From positions 1,889,257 to 1,953,256 of the forward strand of contig OZ255708.1 of the NCBI GenBank assembly GCA_965277085.1: 64,000 nt of DNA, given 5' to 3'. Shown here piece after piece: positions 1 through 9,431 of this stretch (its first letter is position 1; every line of letters begins with the position of its first letter). The position numbers and the translations under genes are program-made. The notes below the pieces were generated by a model. That model saw only the letters and a list, made by a program, of their open reading frames with translations, ran no database searches and was not told the origin of the DNA. Origin of the DNA: Acidobacteriaceae bacterium. Lineage in GTDB: Bacteria > Acidobacteriota > Terriglobia > Terriglobales > Acidobacteriaceae.

Positions 1-6
1 GCAACC

Positions 7-1303
7 ATGACCGATCCGGCGCTGATCTGCCCAAATGCGGTGAGTCTATCGCGCTCACCGAGTCGCTTGCCGCGCCCTGGTGGCTGCCACCCGCGCGCAG
101 TACGAGCATCAGCTGGCGACGCAAGCGAAGGTCTTCGCCGACGAAAAGAAGACGGTCTCCGCGCAACAGGAAGCGAATGAACGGCGCGCGGATGAACTCG
201 AAGCCGCCGCCCGCAACCAACGGCAAGAGATCGAACAGGCAGTGAGTGCTCAAGTTGCGGCGAAGCTCATGAGCGAACGGAAGACGATTGCCGAGCAGGA
301 ATCTGTCCGCGCCCGCCGTCAGATGGAAGAAGAACTCCAAGCCGAACAGGACGCCGCCACGCAACAGACCGAACGAATCCAGACTCTGACGCGCAAGCTC
401 ACCATTGCTCAAGCGGCGGAAGCCGGTCTTCTCAAGAAGCAGCAAGCCCTCGAAGACAAGGAACGGGAGCTGGGTCTCGAACTCCAGAAGGGCATCGCCG
501 ATGGTCTCGCGGAGGTCCGCGCAAAGGCCTTGGCGGACGCGCAAGCCGGTCTTGATTTCAAGGTGCAAGAGTGCGACACCATGATTACGCAGCTTCGCGA
601 TCAGATCACCAGCCTCCAAAGGAAGGCGGAACAAAGCTCGCAACAGGCTCAGGGCGAGTCGCTGGAGGTCGTTCTCGAACATCAACTCCGCGCCCAGTTT
701 CCCTTCGACCTGATCGAACCTGTCGCCAAAGGAGAGTTCGGCGGCGATGTTCTCCATCACGTTCGGGACCACACTGGGCAGCTCTGCGGCAAGATCCTCT
801 GGGAGTCGAAGCGCACCAAAGCCTGGTCTGACGGTTGGCTGACGAAGCTCAAAAGCGATCAACGCGCCGCTCACGCCGAGCTCGCCGTCATCGTTTCGCA
901 GACCATGCCGAAGGATGTCACGCACTTCGACCAGATGGACGGCATCTGGGTTTCGAGCCTCGGCTGCATCCTCCCCGTCGCCAACGCGCTGCGGGTCAGC
1001 CTCATTGAACTCTCGAATGTGCGCCGTTCAAGTGATGGACAGGAGACCAAGGCGCAACAAATCTATGCCTACCTGACCGGACCGCGCTTCAAACATCGCG
1101 TCGAATGCATCGCCGAAAAGTTCACCGAACTGCGCAAGGACCTCGACGCGGAACGAAAGTGGATGACCAAGCAATGGGCGAAGCGCGACCGCGAACTACT
1201 CACCGTGCTCGAAGCGACCACGGGAACGGCGATCTGCAGGGCATCGCAGGACAAAGTCTCAAAGATATCGACGCCCTCGAAGGTCCAATGGCGCTCGAAC
1301 TGA
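7..1303 (+). pseudogene. DUF2130 domain protein, N-terminal zinc-ribbon segment out of frame
   Basis: ORF 80..1303 (407 aa) has a long coiled-coil, then FPFDLIEPVAKGEFGGDVLHHV...GKILWESKRTKAWSDGWLTKLKSDQR, which I recognise as DUF2130-like. The ATG at 7 gives MTDPALICPN in one frame. CGESIALTESLAAP follows in a second frame (39..77) and LVAATRAQY in a third. That implies two 1-nt shifts, both at short homopolymers (near 34-38 and 72-80). Confidence 0.6.
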
Positions 1304-1340
1304 CGAGCTGAGGGAAGTTAGAAGTGTTCCAAGGAAGGCC

Positions 1341-1679
1341 ATGCGCGACCGCTTATTCTTGCCGGAAACGATTTCGGAAGCTCTCGATACCAATCTGGCG
1401 AACGGTCTCCGTGCGATTGCGGACGCGCTCGACGGCGGTCAACTGGACGGCAAACATCTCGGCACCATCGCCGCTGCCGGTGGAACACATGACGATCGCA
1501 TCCATCTCCGTGTGACGCTCGATCTCGCCGCGCCCATCGTTCGCTGGGACGCCGACGAGGTTGTGGAGCCGGGGAGACTGCTTGCCCGCAAGCAGCTTCT
1601 TGACGCCGTTGAAGCGCATGATAGATTGTGCTCTGTAAGAGTTATGCCCAACGGCTCCGAATCAGAGCCGGGAAACTGA
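1341..1679 (+). CDS. hypothetical protein
   Basis: 112-aa ORF with GC-rich third codon positions and AAGGAAGG just upstream of the ATG. No recognisable domain. An antisense ORF (1353..1619) competes with it. Confidence 0.35.
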   Translation: MRDRLFLPETISEALDTNLANGLRAIADALDGGQLDGKHLGTIAAAGGTHDDRIHLRVTLDLAAPIVRWDADEVVEPGRLLARKQLLDAVEAHDRLCSVRVMPNGSESEPGN

Positions 1680-2353
1680 GTTTAAGTGTTGCGGATTCGT
1701 CGATCTGGACACTGAGTTGGTCGATTGACTGTACAAGCCAATCGGTCTCCTGGAGCTCATCGGGCGCGTGCGAAGAGAGCACTCCGATGACCCGGCAACC
1801 CGCGCGCTTCCCGGCCCTGACGCCTGCAGGCGCGTCTTCGATAACGACACAATCGCCTGGACTTCTGGAGAGCAGCGCCGCTCCACGGCGATAACCTTCG
1901 GGGTCGGGCTTGCCTTTGGCGACATAATCGCCGGCCACAACCCGCGCCGGTGCGACGATCCCGGCCGCTCCTAACCTGTCGCGCATCATGGATTCGGACG
2001 CGGACGTGACCACGGTCCAGCGGTACGGCGGCAGAGTATGGAGCAGTTCCCGCACCCCTGGAAAAGCGATCACACCCGTTTGTTCCTCTGCCGCGAACGT
2101 GTCGAGCAACGCCAGATGTTTCTCAATCGCGCCGTCGTCGGCTCCCGGAAGATGTTCGCGGAGCGTGTCGGCGGCCGTGCGTTCGGCGGATGTCGAGTTG
2201 CAGCTTGTTGCACTCGGCCCATCGCATCCAACACCGTTCGTCGCCGGCGGTGGAGCAGACCAACACCCCGTCCATGTCGAACAAAATGCCTTCCGCCTCG
2301 ATCTCTGCGGCGAATGTGGCGGCAAGCGACGGACTGGAAAGCGCGACATTCAT
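1642..2353 (-). pseudogene. HAD-IA family hydrolase, frameshifted
   Basis: The N-terminal frame (2123..2353) carries HAD motif I (ILFDMDGVLV). The remainder (1642..about 2180) lies in another frame and carries VVTSA and GKPDPEGY...VVIEDAPAGVRAGKRAGCRVIGV (HAD motifs II-IV). One frame change lies near 2160-2185. Confidence 0.7.
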
Positions 2354-2571
2354 GGGGCGAGAGTATCAGTCATCGGCGATTTTTCATCCTGAATCTCAGT
2401 CCAAAGCGTCGGCTGTCGCGCCGCGATTCCGGCGCGGTCGAGCTCCGCAAGGCGCTCTTTCCACTTTTCGATCAGCTTCGCGGCCTGCTTTTGCCGCCGC
2501 TCGGCGCGGGCAAGCATCCGCTCCGCATGGGTGCGCTGATGTACTGGATTATCTTTGGAAGCTCCGCTCAC
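2350..2571 (-). CDS. hypothetical small coiled-coil protein
   Basis: 73-aa ORF with a GTG start. Its TGA stop overlaps the ATG of the downstream HAD gene (ATGA overlap at 2350-2353), which suggests translational coupling. Confidence 0.45.
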   Translation of the reverse strand: MSGASKDNPVHQRTHAERMLARAERRQKQAAKLIEKWKERLAELDRAGIAARQPTLWTEIQDEKSPMTDTLAP

Positions 2572-2591
2572 GTGATCTTGGGAACGTCCGG

Positions 2592-2963
2592 CTAGGCGTC
2601 CGCCGTCGTCGTTTCGCTGGCCGGTTGAGCCTCGGGAGCGGTGGTCTTCTTCGCTTTTGCCGCCGTCTTCTTGGCGGCCTTCGGCTTCGCGGCGTACTTG
2701 CGGGTGGCCGGTTCTTGGGCCCGTTTCTGCGCGGCGGCGATGCGCACTTTCGCCTCGGCGCTCATCGTGCGCTTGCCGGGTCTAGTTGCCTTCTTGGGAG
2801 CCATCGCGCCCTTTTCCGTCGCTTTGTTGGACGGTCCTTTGGGCCGCCCGGGACGTTCGGCGGGCGGTGCGTCCCCTCCCATGATGCTAACGAACAACTC
2901 GCGCAGCTTCCGCATCTGCACAAACTGCCGGTTGATGTCGTTAATGATCGCTTGAACGTTCAT
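2592..2963 (-). CDS. small lysine/alanine-rich basic protein, possibly DNA-binding
   Basis: The ATG at 2963 is preceded by GGAGAGG. The protein is MNVQAIINDINRQF...RTMSAEAKVRIAAAQKRAQ...AAKPKAAKKTAAKAKK, with a histone-H1-like basic tail. The longer 329-aa ORF in the track is an upstream read-through that runs antisense to the Fic gene. Confidence 0.6.
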   Translation of the reverse strand: MNVQAIINDINRQFVQMRKLRELFVSIMGGDAPPAERPGRPKGPSNKATEKGAMAPKKATRPGKRTMSAEAKVRIAAAQKRAQEPATRKYAAKPKAAKKTAAKAKKTTAPEAQPASETTTADA

Positions 2964-3037
2964 GTATATCCTCTCCTTCAGCATAGCTGTGAAGCCCGCA
3001 CATCTCTGTTGAACTCCGTTGTCATCGCAGCAGCAGC

Positions 3038-4120
3038 CTACGGCAGCGCGTACCAGGTGCCTTTGCCCGTTCCATGCTGAGCTAAATGCCGCTTCTCGAC
3101 CAAGGCGGCGAGATGCTCCTTGAGGGTGTTGCGGCTGGCTCCTGTAAGCCGGATTATCTCGCCCATGGTGACGCGGCCATGGCTTCGCGCCTGGTCGACG
3201 ATCTGGACGGAGAGCGCGGGAAGCGCGGCCATGACGATCTTCTCGCGCTCGATCTTGGCCGCGAGCCTCCGCTTCTGCTGATCCAAGGAACGCAAGAAGA
3301 AGAGCAGCCAGGGCTCCCAATTGGGGGCCGGTCCCCGGATCGTCGCCTGCGTCTGCCGGAGGGCGAGGTAGTAGCCATCCTTGCTGTGCTCGACGACGCT
3401 TTCGAGTGAACTGTAGGGGACGTAGGCGTAGCCGGATTGCAAGAGCAGCAACGTGGTCAGCACCCGGCTCAACCGTCCATTGCCGTCCTGGAAAGGATGG
3501 ATTTCTAGGAAGACGACGGTGAAGATGCCGATCAAAAGCAGGGGATGGAGCTGACGCCGCTTGCGGGCGTCGGCGAACCAATCGATCAGCTCAGCCATGA
3601 GCCGGGGCGTCTCGAACGGCGTGGCGGTCTCGAAGACGATGCCCATCTGCCTTCCGCGTTTGTCGACCGCCGTGACACTGTTGGGCAGCTTCTTGTACTC
3701 ACCGCGATGCCGCTCGTCTTTTTCGCTGTGGCGCAAGAGGTCGCGGTGAAGCTGCTTGATGTGGTCTTCGGTCAGCCCGATCTCCTCCCAAGCGCGGAAG
3801 ACGGTCTCCATAACCTCGGCGTACCCGGCTACCTCCTGCTGGTCGCGCCCGGCGAACGATCCGATGTCGAGGTTGGCGAGCAACCGCTCGACCTGGCGGT
3901 CGGTCAGTTTGCTGCCTTCGATCCGGGTGGAGGAGCCGATGCTCTCAATGGTGGCCACATGGCGGAGCGCGCGGAGCCGCTCGGGAGCGAGCGTCCCCAA
4001 AGCTCTCCAAGCCCCTTTGAACTCGTCGATTCCGGCAATCAAGGTAAGGACTTCCGGTTTGATTTGGAGCGTGTCGAGCGGGAACATGGCTTCACTATAT
4101 GTACACCCATAAGCACCCAT
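3038..4120 (-). CDS. Fic family protein (class II, intramolecular inhibitory helix, C-terminal winged-helix domain)
   Basis: Fic active-site motif HPFQDGNGRLSR. The inhibitory motif [ST]xxxE[GN] is present as STRIEG upstream of the core. The C-terminal segment RVTMGEIIRLTGASRNTLKEHLAALVEKRHL looks like a wHTH. Confidence 0.9.
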   Translation of the reverse strand: MGAYGCTYSEAMFPLDTLQIKPEVLTLIAGIDEFKGAWRALGTLAPERLRALRHVATIESIGSSTRIEGSKLTDRQVERLLANLDIGSFAGRDQQEVAGYAEVMETVFRAWEEIGLTEDHIKQLHRDLLRHSEKDERHRGEYKKLPNSVTAVDKRGRQMGIVFETATPFETPRLMAELIDWFADARKRRQLHPLLLIGIFTVVFLEIHPFQDGNGRLSRVLTTLLLLQSGYAYVPYSSLESVVEHSKDGYYLALRQTQATIRGPAPNWEPWLLFFLRSLDQQKRRLAAKIEREKIVMAALPALSVQIVDQARSHGRVTMGEIIRLTGASRNTLKEHLAALVEKRHLAQHGTGKGTWYALP

Positions 4121-4173
4121 AAAGCCAGTGGTAAGTAAGCGGACGGCATGGCCGCCCGCTACCGATGACCGGT

Positions 4174-4470
4174 TTAGCTGGCTTTAGCGAGCGCGGGGCC
4201 GGGTTCTCTTTCCGGCTCCACTGTGGCTTCCTGTGTAGGCGTTTCGAGTGCTCCAAGGATGACGGCGGCGGTCTTCTGGACCACTTCAAGGCTCTCCGCG
4301 AGCAGGGCCGCGTTGCCGTGGTAGAGGTGAATGTACTGGGCGGAGGCGCGTTCGTTGCTCAACCCAACGGCGGTTCCGACCACGAAGGCAATCGCTTCGG
4401 CCTCGGTTTCGCGCACGATTTTGGTGGTCGCGGTACGCCGGTCAGCTTTGTGAAGCATCGGGTCTTGATG
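4174..4470 (-). pseudogene. C-terminal fragment of an unidentified metallopeptidase-like or ICE-associated protein
   Basis: Only the last ~95 aa (ADRRTATTKIVRETEAEAIAFVVGTAVGLSNERASAQYIHLYHG...) look protein-like. The upstream part of the ORF is antisense to the helicase remnant. The family assignment is uncertain. Confidence 0.3.
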
Positions 4471-4522
4471 CTGCCGCGAAGCGGCCCCCGCACCCTGACC
4501 CCACTGTGGACAACTGGCTAAA

Positions 4523-6289
4523 ATGGATAGTGACGCACGGGATATTTCGCTGGACGCGCGGATGCGAGATTCATCGGCCGCCGACCACCCTGGTAGCAAG
4601 GTGAATGCTGTCGCGCGGATCGCCAAGGATGTGTACGACAGAACCAAAGCTGAAAACGGGACTGCGCTTGTGTTTGCTGATCGCTACGCCACATCGGATG
4701 GAAAGTTCAACTTTTTCACGGATATTAAGGCGAAGCTCGTTGCGGGGGAGTTTCTCCGGCTGAGGTGGCCGTCGTTCACGATTTTGGGACCCGCAAGGAG
4801 TTCGCCGCGATGCAGAGCGCAATGCGGGCAGGCCGGATCCGGATTTTTGCTGGGGACGACAGAGAAGATGGGCGTGGGCTTGAATGTGCAGAATCGGCTA
4901 AAGGCTGAGATTCATGTGGACATGCCGCAGCGCCCTGACCAAGTGGAGCAGCGCGAGGGCCGGATCGTTCGATTCGGCAATATGTACGATCAGGTGGAGA
5001 TTTACCGTCTCATCACGAAGCCCCACGACGTGAATGCGCCGAAGGCCCACGATCTCCAGCGAGCGCAGCTTCTGGAGCGCAAGCAGACATTTTTCACGCA
5101 GTTCAAGCTGGGCGGGCAGCTCGGCCGTCACATGGAGGACATCGCCGGCGACGTACGCCTGAGTCCCGAGATCTTCGCCCTGGCAAAGGCTCAGGCAACG
5201 GGGAACCCGTTGGCGATGGAGAAGGTCAAGCTGGAGAACGAGATTAAGCAGATCTCGTTGCTCGACCGCGCAAACCAGCTTACTCGGCACCGGAACAAGT
5301 AGGAGCTGGACCAGAAGCGCATGGATCTGGAGTATTCCAACACGCAGCTACCGAAGGTGGAAGCCGCGATTCAGAAGCGCAACGCGCACGAGGTTCGGGA
5401 TGGCGACGGCAAGTTGGTGAGCTTGAAGATCGTGTTCAACGATCAGCAGTTTCACACGCTGAAAGACGCGGCGGAGTACCTAAAGGCGCGTCCGAAAGTC
5501 GATGACGAGACCCTGCTTGAGGTTAACGAGATTGCGATCGACATCAACACGCGCCGGGCCACCCGGACCGACCTGGGCAGCGGCCAGCTATTCACGTCGA
5601 CGCACGTGGAATACAAGCTCGCCGGTCAGTGGTTCGATGCGCCGAAGGGTGATGTCGGGGGAACGACTTCGGCCCACTCGCTCCTTACATCGGTTCTGAT
5701 CAGGATGCGTGATCTCGATGAAAGGGCGGAGCGGATACGCAATGATATTGCGCAGTCGGCGGTGAGCATCGAGCGGCTGAAGCTGGAACTGGAGAAGCCC
5801 GGCGCCTACAGCGAAACGCTCAAGAGTCTGAATCGCCGCCTGGATGAGGTCTCGACCGAGCTGCTGGGAGCCGTCAAAGCGGAAGATGTGATCACCGACA
5901 GTAACGCCGTTGAGCGCGAGGATGCGGAGCCGGCCGCAGCGCCGAAGGAAGCGGCGAAGACCTCGCTGGAGGTTTGTGCCCAGCCTGTCCACGACCAAAA
6001 AGCGGTAGACACGTTTGAGCGCCACGCCCGGAAACTCGTAGAGCGGTACGGGCAAGGGATCGAGCCGGGTAAGGCCGACCTGTTGGTCGCGGTCAAGATG
6101 GCTCAGGGAGGTTGGACTCCGAGTCAAGTCACTGATGGAGTCCGAATTGCCGGCTTTAAGGCTGCCGCGCTTCGAGGGCCCGAGATGCTGTCTTATGCGG
6201 GCCGAATCTCGGAGCAGGCGCTCAACGCAGTTGATCAGAGCAGGGCCGGTTCGTTGGAGCCACGGGTCGCAGGAGGAGTAGAGCGGTAG
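4523..6289 (+). pseudogene. C-terminal remnant of a large helicase (SNF2/DEAD-like C-domain of plasmid/ICE methylase-helicases)
   Basis: Helicase C-domain motifs are present: LVFADRY...LLGTTEKMGVGLNVQNRL...DMPQRPDQVEQREGRIVRFGN. The stretch PAEVAVVHDFGTRKEFAAMQSAMRAGRIRI is readable only in a different frame (about 4750-4850). An in-frame TAG at 5300-5302 separates ORFs 4523..5302 and 5321..6289, which share one frame. The N-terminal ATPase half is absent. Confidence 0.65.
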
Positions 6290-6352
6290 ACCGAGACCCT
6301 AAGACAAAAGGAATGAGCTTAGATCAGGTTTTGGTGGTGGTACCTTGCCTAT

Positions 6353-7035
6353 ATGTGCGGTCGCTACCTTCGAAGGTCAGACAAACAACGGATCGCGGAG
6401 GCCTTCAGGTTGGGGAAGCTGCCGGAAGACTTTATGCTGCCACCGGACTACAACATCGCTCCGACGACGTTCCAACCCGTGATCCGGGAGAGCAGGGAAA
6501 CGACCGAACGAGAGATGGTCCTGATGCGGTGGGGTTTGATCCCGCACTTCACGAAGTTATTGACCGACGTCAAGGGCATCTCGACCATCAATGCTCGTGC
6601 CGAGTCCATTGAGAAGAGCCCGACCTGGCGCGTACCGTTTCAGCGTAGACGATGCCTGGTGCCAACGGACGGGTTTTACGAGTGGTTGCGAGTCGACCCG
6701 AAGATAAAACAGCCTTACTCGTTCATGATGAAGGACGAGGCTCCCTTCGCCTTTGCGGGCTTATGGGACACTTGGAAGGAGCCAGATGGGGTTGGCTCCA
6801 ATCCTTCTCCATCATCACGACGGAGGCGAATGAGTTGATGGCGACAGTCCACACCCCGGATGCCGGTCATCCTGCATTCGAAGGATTATGGTCGTTGGCT
6901 GAGCAGGGAAGTGACCGAACGGCCTCCGGTGGATCTGCTCCGTCCGTTTGAGTCGGAAGAGATGAAGCGTTCCTCCTGCAACCCGCTGGTCGGCAATGTG
7001 CGGAACAATGGGCCGGAAATGCTCAACAGCGCATA
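6353..7035 (+). pseudogene. SOS response-associated peptidase (SRAP/YedK family), frameshifted
   Basis: Starts MCGRY (catalytic Cys2) and contains YNIAPT. After about 6795 the sequence continues in a second frame (LQSFSIITTEANELMATVH). After about 6860 it continues in a third frame (RMPVILHSKDYGRWLS...NNGPEMLNSA, stop at 7035). Confidence 0.8.
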
Positions 7036-7164
7036 ATGCGTATCGCTCCGGTATACCCTGTCGCCACGTACATCCCTTTTCATCCGAGGGTGGTGGCATC
7101 CCGACGCATGAGTCGCGGCTCTCACATGCGCTCTCGAACATCCAACCGGTCCTCGAAACAGAGG

Positions 7165-8950
7165 TCAGAAGGTGTAGCGGATGCCGGCTTCAACGCGGCG
7201 GCCCGGGCCGGCGGCATACGGCCGGTTGAAGAGAGGAGAGCCGAGAACGCTGCCAACGCCGGTGACGTTGGTGTGGTTGAGGAACTTGGAGGAGCGGAGG
7301 TTGGCGGTGACGGTTTGTGGGTGTTCGGCCTTGGGGTTCCGAGTGAGTTTGAAGGCACGCTGGAGGTTGGCGTCGAGGTGAACCGTCCACGGGAGTAAGC
7401 CTCGGTTGCGACCGAGGATAGCGATGCCCCGGCCTGAGGTGAGGAGGCCGTAGGGCGTCTGGACCGCGCCGGGTGTGCTTGCTGCGGCGACTTGGGGGCG
7501 GTCATTGAAGTTGCCGTCGCCGTTATTGTCGAAGCCGGTCGTGATGTTGAACGGCTGGTCGCCGGAGCCGTAAAAGTCACCACTGAGCTGGACGTTTCGA
7601 GGAAGTTGGAGAGAGAAGTTCCCCAAGGCTTGCCAGGCGCCCTCATCGCCGCGTCGGGCGAACTCGCCCGCATCCGAACGGGAAGCTTGCGGTGTAAAGA
7701 AGGTGTTGTCGTCGAAGTCGTCGATCTGGGAGATGTGGACGGTACCGGCGAAGAACTGGAGGCGCTTGAGGGCATGGTTCTCGATCCCAATGTATTCGAA
7801 GTCGATGTGGCCCTGGCCGCTGTTTTGAACTTGAAGGATGTTGACGTTGGGAGCAAGCGGACGGGGGCCGGTGGGCGAGCTGGTAAGGGGTGCATTGACG
7901 TTGTTGGAGCGGAACTGGTTCCAAGTCCGTCCGGAGCCGAGATCGGCTGCGAGGGTGAAACCGAAAGGTAGCTTCCGGCTGCCGCCCAAATTGTAGGTGC
8001 TGTAGAGAGGGGCGGAAATGTGAGGTGCGAATTGGCGCTGGTTGAGGATGGGAGTGGCCCCGGGGGAGAAGGGCGCGCCGAATGTGGGGTTGTAGACGGT
8101 GGAGGAGATGCGCTGGATGCCGTCCGCGCTGACGACCCTGGGCGTAGTCGTTGGGGATAAGGATGCCCGCGAACAGACCGGCGTGAGCATGGAAATCCCA
8201 CTTGGCGTCTTTGCCGGGGGACCACTGAAGACTCAAGCGAGGTGTTGCGGCGTCGGTAAGGAGCGGCTGGGTCTGGAGGAAGTAGCGGAGACCGAAGGAG
8301 ATCTGGAGATGATGGGGTAGCTTCCAGTCGTCTTGAAGGAAGAGGGCGTCGTTGACCTGGAGGAAGTCGATCTCGGGATTGCCGGTGACGATGGAAAAGG
8401 CGGTTGGCGTGCCGCCCGGGAGGTGGAGCTGGGCGCGGCGGTACTGCTCCAGACCGGAGATGGTGGCGGTCTGGCCGGGTACGGGCTGATTGTTGGCGTC
8501 GAGGACGGGCGCGGGACCACCGCCAAAGGTGTAATTGCCGTTGAAGTTGTTCGGCAGGTAGCGATGATCGTTGTTGAAGAAGAACTGTGTGCCCGCCTTG
8601 AGGGTGTGGTGAGCGGTGGTTAGAATGAAGTCGTCGTCGGCTTCGAGGCGGAAGCGGTGGTAGTGTAGGTTGCCGGAGGGGGCTCCGCCACCGGTGAAGG
8701 CACCGGCCACCTGGAGCTGCGGCGCGGTGGAAGCGGGGTTGTCTTGCTCTCCGAACCAGCGAAGGCTAAGGCGGGCCTCGTGCATGAGGTGGGCACTGGC
8801 GGTGGTGATGTTGGAGAGGCGGAGGGTGTTGTCGTAGACTTCCGCGTAGTGGGCGCTTCGGCGAGAGTGACGCCGCCGACGCCGAGGTTCCGGAGGCTGG
8901 AGACGGAGCCGGTGTAGCTGGCGATGAAGGTGTTCTTCGGGCTGAGCTGC
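7165..8950 (-). pseudogene. TonB-dependent receptor, 5'-truncated and frameshifted (relic A)
   Basis: The C-terminus ends ...GRRVEAGIRYTF followed by a stop at 7165. Internal segments such as GFDNNGDGNFNDRPQV, QWSPGKDAKWDFHAHAGLF and LEQYRRAQLHLPGGTP are spread over three frames, with changes near 8130 and 8830. Homology stops near 8950, next to the marR start. The carboxypeptidase-regulatory/plug N-terminus seen in relic B is missing. Confidence 0.8.
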
Positions 8951-8977
8951 CAGCCGGCACGTCTAAGAGACGAAGCA

Positions 8978-9388
8978 ATGTCCAAAAAACCCAACGAAAT
9001 TCAGCTGCTGGCTCAATTTAGATATGAAATTCGCCGCTTTCTGCAATTCAGCGAGCAAGCCGCGACGGCTGCAGGCCTGCAGCCGCAACACCATCAGCTT
9101 TTGCTGCAGATCGCAGGCGCTCCTGACGGCACTCTGGTTACGATCTCCCACATCGCCAATGTCTTGGGTCTTCGACACCACACTGTCGTCGAACTGAGCA
9201 AGCGGTGCGAGTTAACGGGTCTCGTTCGCAGAACCCACGACCTCACTGATCGTAGATGCGTGGTGTTGGAACTCACAGCTCAAGGCCGAGAGGCACTCCG
9301 TCATCTTTCCGAACCCCATGCTCGGCAGTTGCGTGAGCTAGCCCCTAGTCTAATTGAGGCACTTACACGGATTGGCAATTTAAAATGA
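8978..9388 (+). CDS. MarR family transcriptional regulator
   Basis: MSKKPNEIQLLAQFRYEIRRFLQF...HHQLLLQI...TISHIANVLGLRHHTVVELSKRCELTGLVRR...DRRCVVLELTAQG is a typical MarR wHTH. The start is taken at the in-frame ATG at 8978. Confidence 0.85.
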   Translation: MSKKPNEIQLLAQFRYEIRRFLQFSEQAATAAGLQPQHHQLLLQIAGAPDGTLVTISHIANVLGLRHHTVVELSKRCELTGLVRRTHDLTDRRCVVLELTAQGREALRHLSEPHARQLRELAPSLIEALTRIGNLK

Positions 9389-9431
9389 CCGCGCTGCAGT
9401 TTGCACACCGCTCGATTGAGGAGAGGCACGC

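Noticed and set aside
2964-3581. Upstream extension of ORF 2592..3581 (329 aa)
   Set aside because: The extension is Arg/Pro-rich and overlaps the Fic gene in another frame. An internal ATG at 2963 with a good SD gives a coherent 123-aa protein.
7122-8225. 367-aa Pro/Ser/Thr-rich ORF, with a similar one at 62758..63447
   Set aside because: Both are alternative frames of GC-rich DNA whose other frame carries clear homology (the TonB-dependent receptor relic and the M48 peptidase). The low-complexity PST composition is typical of off-frame translation.
9389-9431. Possible fluoride riboswitch upstream of the ClC gene
   Set aside because: Only 43 nt separate marR and the ClC gene, which is too short for a crcB-motif RNA. 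I saw no such structure, and nothing identifies this ClC as a ClC-F type.
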